From the NCBI GenBank assembly GCA_030264375.1, contig JASCQW010000162.1, forward strand, positions 82,428,347 through 82,492,346: a stretch of 64,000 nt of DNA, given 5' to 3'. Positions 50,906 to 64,000 of the stretch are shown here, piece by piece (position 1 is the first letter of the stretch; each line of letters starts with the position of its first letter). This DNA comes from Carcharhinus longimanus (Eukaryota). A program made the position numbers and the translations under genes. The notes beneath the pieces were generated by a model. That model saw only the letters and a program-made list of their open reading frames with translations, had not been told where the DNA came from and did not search any database.

Positions 50906-52929
50906 CAGGATATAGTCCTGTATCTTTCTCGGCTTCAAATGCTTACCCACTTTTCCCTTAAAGATGCAATTGCCTAAGCCATGAAGTGTCAGGACCTGAA
51001 TACAGGTACTGTTTGGATGGACATTGAGGTTGAGGTAGACAGTTGTTTGTTAACACTGTTAGCATGTTGATGAGTAGAATTAACTCAGACACAGGTCTGT
51101 GGTGAAGATGGAGGAACAGGCAAAGAATGTGGTTTGTTAGGCAGGTGACATGCCTGTGTGGGTGAGATCAGAATGTGGAGGCTACCAGCTCATCGTCATG
51201 GCAGCAGAATAATAAATAAGGTGTTTTTAAATGAGAACATCACAGGAAGTAAGCCTCGATTGCTGAAAGATACTAAGCCAACAAAACGTGGGTTGGTCCT
51301 AGGGTTAACCTTGGTGGTGGGAAGATTGATAGACCAAAATAATTTTATTTGGCATTAGTGTTAAAGGTAATTGAATAGGCAATATTTCAGACATTCCTGT
51401 CACCTGCACAGCAAAATTAAAGTGTAGGAAGTAAATGACAGGAAGTGTTTGCAGCCACTGGACATTTAATATGATACCAGAATGCAGCTTATAAATATAT
51501 CTCAGTGCCAGATTGCAGACAGATCCAAATAGGATTTGCTGTATTTGTTAAGAAGATTTATTTATTCTCTCCATGACATAATTGAAATGCATTCTTTCTG
51601 ATTAGGACAAATGATTTGTTGTGGCAATTGATTTATTGCTGAGATTTTTGCCACTGCCTCTTGAGAGTTTTCACACAACATTTGTAGCACCCAGACAGCG
51701 TCTGGATAGATATAATTAGTTGAGAAATCTTTCCATCACAGCCTTTTCAATCGTTCAGTAATTCAGTCCGAGCAATAATTTACACGTAGACTCTCCCTGT
51801 GATTGGTACTATGTTCTATAGCAATGTGCATTCAGAAATGTGCTCTGAAGTGGTATTTCACATTGAATTAATCGTACAGTGTGTGCAGTTAATAACTATT
51901 TTAAGTCAGGGTTTTGTATTTGAGGAATTCAAGGCAAAACTCTCAAATTTCCTTTTTGCTGAACAAATTGAATAAAATGGTCATTTTTATTGACTAATTG
52001 TTTTTCAATTAAATGGTGCTGCCTTCATACAAAAGTAGTCAGCAAATTAATTTTTTGTTCATCAACAGCACAGGGGCGTAAATTCTATCACCATGTATGT
52101 CACTACTGTTTTGTGAGAAAACTAACAGACGCTAGTGCTTCCTCCTCTGGTTAACATTTTGCTTGCCAATCACATTTTATTGAAGGCGACACTGTTTTGA
52201 TTTCCGTGTCTAAAGGGTGCAAGACGGTTTAGAGATTCACCCATAACAGGGTCTCCTAAGCTTTTCCAGCAGTGATCCTTTTGACCTCCCAAGAATATCG
52301 AAGGAACGCCGGAAAACATTCTCATTGTGTTGAAGAGCAAAACCAAGAAAAAATTGTTTTTATGCAAACGTACAAACACCTAATTTTTGGAAGGAGTGGT
52401 TCTGCTTCTTTATTACGCACGTGCCCACACGTGTGTGCACACATGCACATGGACACACACAAGCATAGACACCCCTGGCACATCCCACTCTTCTTTCAGC
52501 ACAATATTTAAATAGTATTGCTCTGCCTAGTCTGGCACAGAACCCCTTGATTCTACAGAACTCAGTTTAGGAACTCCTGACAAATATATTTCCTCCATAG
52601 CTTATGGTGGACTGAAAGGTCATTTGTGTCAAATGCAAGCATCACCCCAGACGGATGCTTGAAGGAGATTTATAAGTGGTCAAGGAAATTTCAACAATGT
52701 TTCATTTTCTGCAATTGTCCTTCGAAATCTCTTATTTAAAAATGTGTAATAATATAAACATATAACAGAAGTTAAGAAGAAATCGTTTTATTGTCAAATT
52801 AGATAACATGGCTAAATATTCAGTCTAGAGCAGACATTCCCAAACTGTGGGACACATTCCCTTCCAGTTTGGGAAGTAGGCCTGTGGATTTTGTTTCTAT
52901 TTAACCATTTTTTTCTCTTTTTAATTCAA

Positions 52930-53078
52930 TCAACCTAATCTTTGGACTGTGGGAGGAAACCCACTCCAACACCGGGAGAACATGCAAACTCCACATAGAT
53001 AATGACCCAAAGCCGGAACTGAACCCGGGTTCCTGAGTTGTGAGGCAGCTGTGCTGTCCATTGTGCCACTGTACTGCC
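52930..53078 (-). mobile_element. V-SINE head and V-domain fragment
   Basis: tctttggactgtgggaggaaacc...tgaacccgggt..ctg..tgtgaggcagc. Confidence 0.8.
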
Positions 53079-53679
53079 CATGTAGCACCTTTAGTGAAAA
53101 TAAAAACATCCCAAGGGTTTTCACAAATGTTAAGTTGTCAGTGAAAGGAATGTAAGCTCGGAGAGATTGGGCAATGATTGTCAAGCCCCTGGCAAAAAAA
53201 AGATGACTTTGAAGATTTTTAAAGGAGCAGAGATTGGGGGATATGCAGGGCAGTTTGGGAGTGAGTGGAGTTAATGTGAAGAAAGCAATTTATGACATAA
53301 ACCATCGCCTCGCATTCAAAAAGTACATCAATGCTTGAACAACCAATTTAATTAATCACATTAATAAGTATTTAAGATATGATTTAACTTGTTATAATGT
53401 GTGTTATAGTTTTTTGCACAATTCTTGGGCATTGAAGAGATTAAAATATAAAAAGTGTGCCAGGAAAGGTCAGATCTGGATGTGGGTATGCAATAAGTAA
53501 AGTGTGCAAAAGACTGGCCCAAAATATTCCTGTAATTTCAAGGCTATGGGAGCGGATAGGCCATGTCCATTGAGGTCCACTTAAAGAAGAGATTAATCCA
53601 TTGAAATGCCATAAATTGAGAATGAATGAGAAGAGGTCAATTGTATACCAATGTCACAGTAAGGAAGGAGATGCTAGAG

Positions 53680-54750
53680 AAATTGAATAGGATCTCAATA
53701 GTTAAAGAAAGTGGACTTCAAAGGTTGGCAGTGCTCAAGGCAGAAAAGTCAACCGGAATGGATGAAATGCATCCTCGGTTCCTTAGGGAAGTGTGGAAAT
53801 TGAGGTGGCTCTGGCCATAGTCTTCCATTTCTATATTAAAATGACAGCAGTTGTTTAGATACTGACCAAGAGATGGAAAGCCAGAATTAGACGTGAATGG
53901 TTGCTTTTTGGACTAGAGAGAAGTATTGGAATGGTGGTTGGGGTGAGAAACACAAAAGACACTTGCTGGTATTAATGATAAAAGACTAAAGTTGTGACTA
54001 AAGTAGTGACTTGAGCAACTGGAGTTGTTCTTCTAGAGCAGAGAAGGTTAAGGGGGGATTTAATTGAGGTGTTTGAAGCATGAAAGATTTTGTCGTCTTA
54101 AGGTGAAGAGAAAAACCTGTTTCCAGTGGCTGTAGTATTTGAGGATCAGATTGTTACAATGTAACCGGTGACGACTTTGTATTGGATGTAATGTGATCAA
54201 TGATAACAAGCTGTAAGGGTCCACTAATGTGGACCTGGTGTTGTCAGACTTTTTACAGGGTTCACTGAACCAGTAAACCATGGAACCAATTACGGAATGA
54301 TTGGTCAGCTGACTCACGGTAACTAAGAATCTGTTGGGAATTGTGGGGAGCTTGGATTAACCCAGGGCAAGGCCCCAAGTTTGGAGTAATGACGTTTCTT
54401 TATTTAAACCCTTTCTTCGATCTAAAAGTTTGAAGTAAATGTTTTTTTTTATTGTCTGCATTGGAAGAGTTACTTCCTGAAGAAATACAGATGACACATT
54501 TAAGGTAATTGGCCAAAGAGCTGGAGACAACTTGAGGAAAAACCTTTTTCACAGCACAATGATTGGGACGTGATGATAGGGTGGTGGAAGCAGATTGAAT
54601 AATAAACTTCAGAAAGTACTTGGGTAATAGCTGAAGTGGGAAAATTTGATGGGCTATAGAGGAAGAATAGAGATTTGAGAGTAATTGGAAAGTCATTAAT
54701 AACAGCTAGCACAGATATGATGGATTGAATGGCCACCCTTTTCATTCTGT
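53680..54750 (+). mobile_element. Old CR1 fragments
   Basis: KAEKSTGMDEMHPRFLRE; ttgttcttctagagcagagaaggttaagggggg; 3' UTR at 54470-54750. Confidence 0.65.
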
Positions 54751-55629
54751 TAATTTACTGGAATTTCCCAAGTCACTTTTATTTTGTTGCTTTCATTTCT
54801 TTGCAATCCTGTTTAATGTGCTGTTAATTAAAAGTGATTTTGATCATAAATTAGGATGCTTTCCATGGTACTTTGATACTCGCAACTCCTCGGTACCTCA
54901 ATCATATAGTCATCTCTCATGTATGGGCCTATAGAGTTAATGTTGACAGACTGTTGGGAGGACAAGTGTATCACTGCTGAATACAGACAGCTGCAATAAT
55001 TGTGTACCTTGATGTTATCAGTGGGTTTGTTTTCTCTCAGTGCAGAGAGAACAAGTGAATGCTGAATATTGTTCATGTTGTCATCAGCTAATTCAGGAAT
55101 GTGGTCCACATCTTTATTTGTACTGGCTGTGATGTTTTAGTATAACATTGGGCAGTGTTTATGCACTGAAACAGCTCCAGTTATGGTTTTGAACATGCGT
55201 CAGTGAATGATTTCAGGTCCATTCTTTTTCAAAACAGTTTGGAAATATTACTATAAAAATTGCGACCCGCCTAGTGGCCGTATTAATCAGCTTCCCATTT
55301 AACGCTAACCCTTTTGCCTTGATTTGTAAGATGATGCTCCATAAAAATAGAACAAATGACACTGATTTCTGATGCATGTAACAATCTCATGCCAGTGTGG
55401 ACAATGTTCAAAGATTCAACTTTTTTAGCGGTTCAACAAGATTTCTGATTTGTAGCATATATAAAATTGATTTAGGAGTAGTGAGGTTTGTTCAGTGAAC
55501 TGTTTTATTTTGTATTAATTATTTTTCCATCAATTTTGAGCTATTCAGTGCTTCCAGAATACTATTTAAACAAAATGGAGTGGGGACCTTAAGCAGGCTA
55601 TCACAGTCGTCTGATTTTAAAAAAAGGAA

Positions 55630-55920
55630 TCCCTCTTGGGATATGGATGATCACTTGTAAGGCTGACTTTTTTATCGATCTCTTGATTATCTTGAGAAAG
55701 TAAAGATGAGCAGCCTTTTTAACCCATTGCATTCTTTCTGCTGAAAATACTTGCACAGTGCTGTTGGTTAGAGCCATGGCAGGGGTTTTGACTATAATGA
55801 TGAAAGAATAGGGGTCAGATGTCCGAGCCACATTGGTGTGTCACCTGGTGAGGAGCTCTGGAGTGGCGGGGTTTCCATGTCCTTATTTTCCTCGTCCTGC
55901 TGGATAATGGAGGTATGTAT
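55630..55920 (-). mobile_element. 3' end of a family-B CR1-group LINE, degenerate
   Basis: Minus strand reads ggctgctcatc...ttctcaagataatcaagagat...aaaaagtcagcctt...ccatatcc, resembling the family-B SINE tail. Confidence 0.5.
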
Positions 55921-57716
55921 CCTGGTGATGTGGCCGTTTTAGTGTGATTCGTCAATAACGGTATAATTTCAACAGATCCTGAATCTAGCTTATCCATTGC
56001 TATGTTGGTGTATCAAATTTGATAGATGGCAAGATAGCATCTTATTTCAATTCCCATTTTGAGTGCTGTTTGCTGTGGAGCAAAACTCCTACACTGTGCA
56101 ACTGTGGAGAAATATTGGCAATGTCAGTACCATGTTTGTGGGAGTGTATCACAATGAACCAATCACATTTATCACAGAAATGGGGTCAGCTGCTATTGGT
56201 GCGACCTCAAACTTGAAGTCAATTCAAATTCAACATGGCACATCCTGATTTGTCTTCCGTATGAATGCTAAAATCAATGCAAATAATTGTATTTGGATTG
56301 ATTAATCTGGATTTGCTGATCATCATTTTGATACAAGTTTGATCCTGCGATCAATGTTTGGTTTCATAATACCACTGGTCTTCAGTGTGCAATGGAAAAG
56401 TATGGAATACATAATCTTGAATTTTTAAAGCACTTGCCCTAACCTCTGCCTGCCATTCATTGAAAGTTAATTTCAACTCAACACTCCATGCTCCTTTGAA
56501 CTGCTGTATGCCGTTGTGAGCAAATAACATGTTATATGCTCTCTATCTTAGAAGTATAGAATCATAGCTTGGTTTCAGCACAGAATGAGACCATTCAGTC
56601 CTTTGAGTGCTTGCCAGCTCTCTGAAGACAGTTCCCTGTGGAAGTATACTGACTGTTTGCCTGTCAGTAAGTGGTGAACTGGAAACCAGGATGTGTTACT
56701 CCCGGTGGCCATAATTCTGTTTCTTCAGCTTTCTGTCAAAAGACCAGAACTAACCCCATGAACCTTTCAAATATGACCAAACTCATGTGAGAAGAACAAC
56801 ATTTTCAACTGTAAGCCTCCTACTTCAAACAAAGGAAGGTAGAGTTATAAATGGAGAGAGCACGGCGTTAATTCTTCTGATGAGAGGTGAGCAGAAAGGG
56901 CCCTCAAAATGCTATTGACACCATTGATCATAATGGGTAGAAATGTAATTTGGTCTATTCGGTTACCTGCAGAGGGAAGAGCTAGAGATGAGAAATACTG
57001 TTGAAATAAAAAGAAATAAAATTTACATTCTAATACATTTTCTGATGAGGTACCATTGGTAAAAGGGAGTTTAAGAACACACTTGATGTGCTATGAGGGT
57101 CTGGTCATTTGCGAGATATGTGTACATTGTAGGGCAGAGTTAATATCGTGTGATACAAATCACTACATTTCTCACAGACCAGTCAAGACATTTAATGCAC
57201 TGAGGCCTCCCTCTGGGTAATTGGATTGCTGATAGAATTGTATCTGAGAAAGAAATTCCCATTACCTTCCAGACTAGGAGCTTCTATTAGGGAGAAGTGA
57301 AAAAGGCATTGATATTTCTTTAACCATTTTCAAGTTCACTTTTCCCCCTAGAACACAATACTATTTCTCCCCAGCTTTGGCAATATAGTTGAAACTTAAT
57401 CTTTGAATGAAATTACACTCAATGAGGATCCATTATGATAGCATTTTGTTTTTATTTTATGTCACCTGGACACGAAGCATTTTCTTTCTGGTGTTCAGAG
57501 AGGGAAAGCTGGGCAGGTCAGAACCTGAATAATTTCCCCACCATTTAAACTATCAGATGAGAAATCCTTCCTGCCTCATTTCCCCCTTCTGCTTTAGGGC
57601 CAGGCCACACTTCACTCTCGGACTGTAAAGGCGAGAACATTCATTGTTCTTTCTGTACATAACAATTCCATTATCTGCACAAGCCCATCAGAGACTAGCT
57701 CACCTAACAGGGAGCT

Positions 57717-57835
57717 GGGTGACATGGTGGCACAGTTAGCACTGCTGCCCCACAGAACCAGGAACTCGGGATTGATTCCCAGCTTGGGTCACTGTTTGTG
57801 TAAGCCTGCTTGTGACACTAACAAATAAACTTTAA
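57717..57835 (+). mobile_element. Internally deleted V-SINE A2 (head joined to tail)
   Basis: Head ending gggtcactgtttgtg is joined to taagcctgcttgtgacactaacaaataaacttt. Confidence 0.75.
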
Positions 57836-58119
57836 GCGTTAAGCTTTGCTCTCCACCAAGCTCGTGGCATTCACTTTGCCAAGTGCTCTTTTGTTCTGCC
57901 TCTGGTGGTAAGTTCCAGTTACTTCACCACAGTTGGTGTTAAACTGACAGCTCTGTGGTTACCCAATTTCTCCCACCCTCCACTGATCTAATCGAGTGAC
58001 ATTTGCAATTTTCTAGTTCACAATACAATTTGTTCATCCAGAGAATTTTGTAAAATTATGACATGGAATTTCTTTTCCTTCAATACTCTGCAGTGTAAAT
58101 TCTGGATATGTGACAAAAT

Positions 58120-59400
58120 GTAACAAGTGATGTGCCACAGAGATCAGTGCTGGGGCCTCAACTTTTTAAAACTTCTATGAAGAACTTGGATGAAGGGACC
58201 GACGGTATGATTGTTCAATTTGCTGAAGACACATGGGTTGGAAAGTAAGTCGTGAAGAAGATGTAAGGAGGCTACAAAAAATATAGATGGGTTAGACAGT
58301 TAGGCAAAGATTGTGCAAGAGGAGTATAATGCGGAAAACTGTGAGGTCATCCATTTTAGCAGAGTGAATTGAAAAGAGATTTTAATGGTGAAAAATTGCA
58401 GAGCTCTGAGATGCAGATGGATCCGGGTGCTCAGGTGAATGAATTGCAAAAGGTTTGCCTGCAGGTACATTAAATAATAAGGAAGGCTAGTAGAATATTC
58501 TTGCTTACTGCAAGGAGAATTGAATACAAGTATAAGGAGGGTGTGCTTCAGTTGTAAGGGCATTAGTGAGACTACAGATGCAATTTGATGGCTTGAGCGA
58601 GACTGGAAATTCCCACCCGAGGTGAGCGGATATTTCCATTGTCCGCCATTCGCCCACCCCAATTCCATGGCGGACGAGGTGGTAGAATTCCAGTGAACGT
58701 TTGGGGTGCTGTGTACAGTACTGAACTCTTTATTTATGGAAGGATGTAAATGCATTAGAAATAGTTCAGGGAAGATTTACTAGGCGAATACCAGGATTGG
58801 GCGGATTATTTTGAGAGAAGGTTAGGCAGGTTAGACTTGTATCCAGTGGAGTTTAGGAGTGCAAGAGGTGACTTGATTGAAAGATACAAGATCCTGAGGG
58901 GTCTTGACAGGGTGGATGTGGAGAGGATATTTTCTCTTGTGGGAGAATTGATAACTCAGGATTGCTATTTAAAAAATAAGGGGTCACCCAGTTAACATGG
59001 AGATGCGGAAAAATAAAATGTTGAGCGTTGAGTGTCNNNNNNNNNNNNNNNNNNNNNNNNNNNNNNNNNNNNNNNNNNNNNNNNNNNNNNNNNNNNNNNN
59101 NNNNNNNNNNNNNNNNNNNNNNNNNNNNNNNNNNNNGGTCACCCAGTTAAAATGGAGATGCGGAAAAATAAAATGTTGAGCGTTGATTGTCTTTGGAATT
59201 CTAATCCTCAATAAGTGGTTGAGGCGCAATCTTGAAATATCTTTTGAGGCAGAAGTAGATAGATTCTTGATGAGCAAGGGGGGGTGGTTCAAAGGTTATT
59301 GGCGGTGGGCAGGGAAATGGAATTGAGTTTAAAGTGAGACCTTATTGAATGGTGGAGCAGACTCAAAGGGCTGAGTGGCCAACTGCCATTAAGTTGTGTA
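58120..59400 (+). mobile_element. CR1 LINE RT to 3' UTR with a MITE-like insert at ~58590-58693
   Basis: VPQRSVLGPQLF, FAEDT and RGDLIERYKILRG motifs; the insert resembles 14080-14168. Confidence 0.85.
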
Positions 59401-60316
59401 TTCGCATCTCTTTAAATAGTGCAGCTTTGCGGCTGAGCTGGTGGTGGGGAGGTCGAGTCTTTCCTACGTTTGTTCAGCTGTAAGTGTTTGAAAGAGGACT
59501 TTCAGTGGAGTAGCAAGGTTGAAAATGGCTCTGTCAGGATCAAATCAATGTTACATGCTGACTAACATCAAGAGCTGCCTATTCTGAAAACTTGCCATTA
59601 CCCCTGCGACTGCCTCATGAAAATGGCACCCAGTACAGGTTACACTGGAATTGTGCAAATGCAGCCTGGCCACTATTCTGGTACCAAAACAGTACCCATG
59701 GCACTAAAGCTATCGTTGCTATGGAGTCTAATTTTGTAGCCTTTGCATCTTTGAGTTACCTTCTGATTTTGTATCAGACAAAATACTATTTTTCTACCAG
59801 TTTATTTATTTAAAAAATCAACTCTATTTGGTCTACTCATGTCTGAAACCTTGGCTTCTGACTTGCCCTTTTTCCACTCTCAGACCTTATCTCAAATTCA
59901 ATTCTGTTCCAGTTCCTCTTGGTAAGATTCTCCTTTCTACCATGTTTTGTTCAGTAGTTGTAGTTCTTTACTTAGCATGAAATCCTGTGTCGCCTGTTCT
60001 CTTGTCAGTTCTGAATACATTTGTTCGAGAAAAGTCCTATAACCATTCTAGAGGTCCAGGGCCTTTTAAGGTTTGAACAGTTCCACCTCAATATACATGA
60101 AGATTAAAATCTTCCAATATAACCACTTTTTATGAATTTAGTATGAAGTGTTCTTCACAGTGGAACAAAGCATGCACCATCTGAGCACTAAGATGGCAAT
60201 TTGCTTTGATGCCCGTCTCACTTTTCATGCTCACTTGCTAGAATTTCTCATTAATATATCAAGCATAAACTTTTGTAATTTTTCTCAATTTTAATAAAAG
60301 CCACACCAGATTTTTA

Positions 60317-61387
60317 GGCCGGAATTCTCCTGAAAAAATTCTAAGTGTCGAATTTGTTGGAGTTTTCAGTTGGAGTTCAGAGAAGACTCTCCCATACTGT
60401 GGACTACGGAGGTCACTGGTGTGTATATGTGGGCGGGGGCCTATTCTCACCTGGGAAGCTGGCAGCATAGCGCTGGGCAGCCACTGTGCATACATTGATC
60501 TGTCAGTGCCGAGATCGATGCATGTGCAGTGGCCCCACACTGCCAGCCCTCCCAATTGCTGGTCAGCTCAATCGCTGGCCAGCCCTGCATTGCTGATTCT
60601 CCTGAGTCCTCCCATGGCCCGATTGCTGGCCTCCTGCCGCACCCCCCCCCCGCCCCCAAACCCCACCCAACCATTCCCAGGCCAATCCCAAACCCCTACA
60701 CCCCCAACAGCCCATCCCGATCGCTGCNNNNNNNNNNNNNNNNNNNNNNNNNNNNNNNNNNNNNNNNNNNNNNNNNNNNNNNNNNNNNNNNNNNNNNNNN
60801 NNNNNNNNNNNNNNNNNNNNNNNNNNNCCCACACCCCTACACCCCCACCAGCCCATCCCGATCGCTGCCTTCCCTCCTCCGGTCTGCAGAATGGCGGTGG
60901 GAACCCCCAACACACCAGTCTCCCCATCAAGGCCCACCCTTCCATAGGCCCTGCCCCCTTTGCCCATTTTGTGCCCAGGTGCTTCCTGGGCATTGGCACT
61001 TTGTCCCTCGGCACTGTTGGGATGCGAATGCCCAGGGGGTACCTGCCACCTGACCCTCTGGGGAGGCACTCTTTGCCACCCCCCCCCTTAACTACAGCAG
61101 GATCGTACTGCTTATTCCCTACGTGTGGGGAGCTACTATAATCCCTGTTGGAGTGAACCACTCTGGTGGAATGAGAGATGCTAGTGGGCCCAGAGAATTC
61201 AGTCCTAGGCCCGCTAATCCTATTTAAATAACATTCGAATGGATAGGTTAGTGATTTCCTCACCGATTTCCAGCGTTGGGCTGATGCCACTGAAAATCTG
61301 GCTCTGGGAGATGCTATTGCGGTGAGAATGCAAATGCAAACCCTGCGAATAGACCGACGCGAGAATTTCCCGGGAGAATCACGGCCC
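60317..61387. mobile_element. GC-rich non-autonomous DNA transposon (possibly PIF/Harbinger-type)
   Basis: Terminal inverted repeats GGCCGGAATTCTCC and GGAGAATCACGGCC, related to the termini of the 125-bp MITEs. C-rich interior; no transposase visible. Confidence 0.65.
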
Positions 61388-61639
61388 GGATTGTTTGATC
61401 ACTGAGGTCAGGAGGAGTCATTTCCTTCTCAAAGCTACATCGTTTAAATTCAAAATGTACTCGGGCTTTGTTGACACTCCATCCCTTCATGGAGGAGCAG
61501 GAAGTACAACCTTATAATAATGGTAAGAACAATAGTTTGGGGCTGCTATGAATATTCATCTCTGTTCGATACATAAAACTGTGTGGGAGGAGAGGGCAAA
61601 GAATAGGCCAATACATTTGGATTGAGACCTAACTATCAT

Positions 61640-62140
61640 TTGCTGCAATATCCTTGGCTCATTGTAACACACTCTTGCCTCTGTGTAAGCAGGTTGTCAG
61701 TTCAAACCCAACTCCAGAGGCATGAATGCATAATCTAGGCTGGCACTTCAGCTTAGTACCTAGGGAAAACTGCACTGTCGAAAGTGTGGCCATTCAGATG
61801 GGTTTTCTGGCTTCTCAAGTCAATGCAGAAGTACAAATTAAGCTTTTAAAACAACGTCCAAGCTTATACTTATTTCTCAAACAGCATAATTGAAACAGAT
61901 ATATGGCCATCACCTGCTGAAGAAGTCATAAAATTCGAAACATTAACTGTTCTCTGTTCACAGCTAGACCTGTTGACTTTATTTAGCACTTATTGTTTTC
62001 TATTTGATTTCCAACATGTGTTTATTTCATAATTTTTGTGGAATTTTTCTGTACGCAAATTGACTGCTGCATGAATTATATTGCAGCAGTGACCATAATT
62101 CAGAGGTGCAGCATTTGCTGTAAAGTTCTTTGCATTATTT
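61640..62140 (+). mobile_element. DeuSINE-like (SacSINE1-type) tRNA-derived SINE with a Penelope-type insert at ~61915-62030
   Basis: Head tggctca...ctcttgcctctg...gttcaaacccaactccagag, then cataatctaggctg and gcaaattgactgc...cagtgac. Confidence 0.65.
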
Positions 62141-63669
62141 CTATAATGGGGCAGGGTGTTAGTGTTTTAAATGACTGAGGAATTGATTTAAAGAAGTCTC
62201 TCTTTGTGCTGGGGCTTATGACCTAAGTCGTGGTCTCTGTCAGCTTTTCTTTGGGCTCCCACAAGCGAGTGATCAGCTGCTGGTGAAAAGTTCCTTGCTT
62301 TTGTCACATGTACCTTCAGAGCAACAGAAGATGGAAAGATCTAAACAGTGTGATCTTCCATTACGCTGCAAGCTCTATGATCCGAAAAGCCTTGCATTAG
62401 TTTCTACTGACCTTAAGACTGTCACCCAGTGCAGATTTCTCCATGTAAAGAAGGGATTAAAAATGATTCCATTCACAATGTAGAAAAAATAAAGCCATTC
62501 ACAGATGCGCTGCCTCTCCGCAACTTATAAAAGCACAACGTTTTACAAAACTCCCAAGTGGAGGAGCTTGGCATGTACAATAATTGCTCTGTTAAGCTGC
62601 ACGGTGTTGCCTAGTGTGACAATCTTTAGTTAAGAAGTCAAAAGTTGCATCAGGCTTTTCAGCCTCTCCTCGACAGCTCTGTTCTCTAATACTAATTCCC
62701 AACGAGTCAATGATATCAAATAAAGGGATGAGTTCTCTTCCCTTTGTAGATACTGATATTTGAAGCTAGCTTATGGAAAGGTGAGGAAGGTCTCCTTTCA
62801 CTGATAGCTGCTTTTATCTCCGACGTGCACGGTACATCATCTTATTGTGTATGTACTTCTGAAAGTACGGTGCCCAAAGAACCACAAGGTAGGCTTCTTA
62901 ACTTAAGCACTGGAAACACATTATGGGTGTGCACTGCCCCACAATCAGGACCTAAACTACCTTAATTGATTCCCCTGTGGTCACCTCACCCATACTCTTA
63001 AAGGGGCAATACGGACCCCAAACCCCAATATATATTATAAACACATATTATGCATCTCCTCTGGACTCACACCAGGGCACCATCTACATGAATCCAAAGT
63101 GACCTCTACAACCAGCTCAAAAATTGATTGTGGCCCCGTCTCAGGAAACTGAGGTGAAAAGAGTGTGCAAGCCTGTACGTTGTCAAGTATTGACATTCAC
63201 AGTAATTTAGTTGCAATGTTGATGTAAGCCTACTTGTGACACTAATAAATAAACTTTTAAAAACTCCTTGGTAAAGTGGAGAGTTCCCAAATGGAGTCAT
63301 CATCTGGGTGTAGCCCATCAGATCTACAGATTGTTTCTAAAATAGTATATCAAAAATGGTATAGGAGCCAAGGGCTGCATTACTTCAGCAGAGTTCAGCC
63401 AGCCTGCTTTTGAACTGTACATGATAATGGAAGTGAGGCGTTATAGTGGATAATTGTGCAGGGCAGAAACGGTTGATAATGAAACAAAGGATGATTATGC
63501 ACTTAAGCATTTTTGGACTTTGCGTTAAGTTTAACGTTTAGATCATAACCACTATCCTTATCTTTTGTACAGCAGCTCTTAGTAAGAATTTTGCTATTCT
63601 CCATTTATACCTCTTCAAGATTCGTCTTCTGTTTCTCCTTCCTTCCTTATCTCCTTTTTGCCTTCCACC

Positions 63670-63985
63670 TCATAGAATCCCTACCATGCAGCCCATTGAG
63701 TCTGCACCAACTCTCTGAAAGAGTACCTTAACCATGCACTATCCCTGTAACCCCACGTATTTATTAATTCCCCTAACCTATACATCTAGGGATAACAGAT
63801 AATTTAACGTGACCAATCAACTTAACCTGCGCGACTTTGGAGGAAACTGGAGCGTACAGAGGAAACCACGCAATTACTGGGAAAATGTGCAGACTCCATA
63901 TGGGCAGTCATCCAAGGCCGGAATCAAACCCAGGTCCTTGGTGCTGTGAGGCAGCAGTGCTAACCACTGTGCCACCACATTGCCT
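63670..63985 (-). mobile_element. HE1-like V-SINE
   Basis: catagaatccctac tail through gcagtgctaaccactgtgccacc head. Confidence 0.88.
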
Positions 63986-64000
63986 CTTTGGCATTTAATC

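Noticed and set aside
60419-61290. Overlapping 170-240 aa proline-rich ORFs on both strands
   Set aside because: Caused by GC-rich low-complexity sequence in a non-autonomous transposon plus an N gap; no domain motifs.
62840-63060. Possible further solo LTR
   Set aside because: LTR-like composition, but I could not define termini or a TSD.

Overview
This is eukaryotic vertebrate DNA, most likely from a shark, judged from HE1-like V-SINEs, HER1/CR1 LINEs and DeuSINE-like repeats. It is a draft assembly with several N gaps. I can support only one host coding exon: 217 bp on the + strand at 48986-49202, encoding part of the Venus-flytrap domain of a group III metabotropic glutamate receptor (GRM4/6/7/8 family; paralog unresolved). 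The rest appears to be intron, filled with decayed retroelements. The most interesting structure is a nested insertion at 21838-24793. A Gypsy (Mag-like) LTR element with a 5-bp target-site duplication (TSD) sits inside a CR1 LINE, and its interior is inverted and permuted. One of its LTRs carries two tandem Tx1-like 3' ends at the same ~15-bp motif, which suggests a non-LTR retrotransposon that targets this LTR family. Other points of note: a LINE whose 5' end is the head of a tRNA-derived SINE, Penelope-type repeats with degenerate hammerhead cores, solo LTRs with TSDs, a MITE family, and unusual substitutions in the GRM exon. Repeat boundaries were read by eye and are approximate unless a TSD is given. 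Family names come from recalled consensus sequences, not from a database search.
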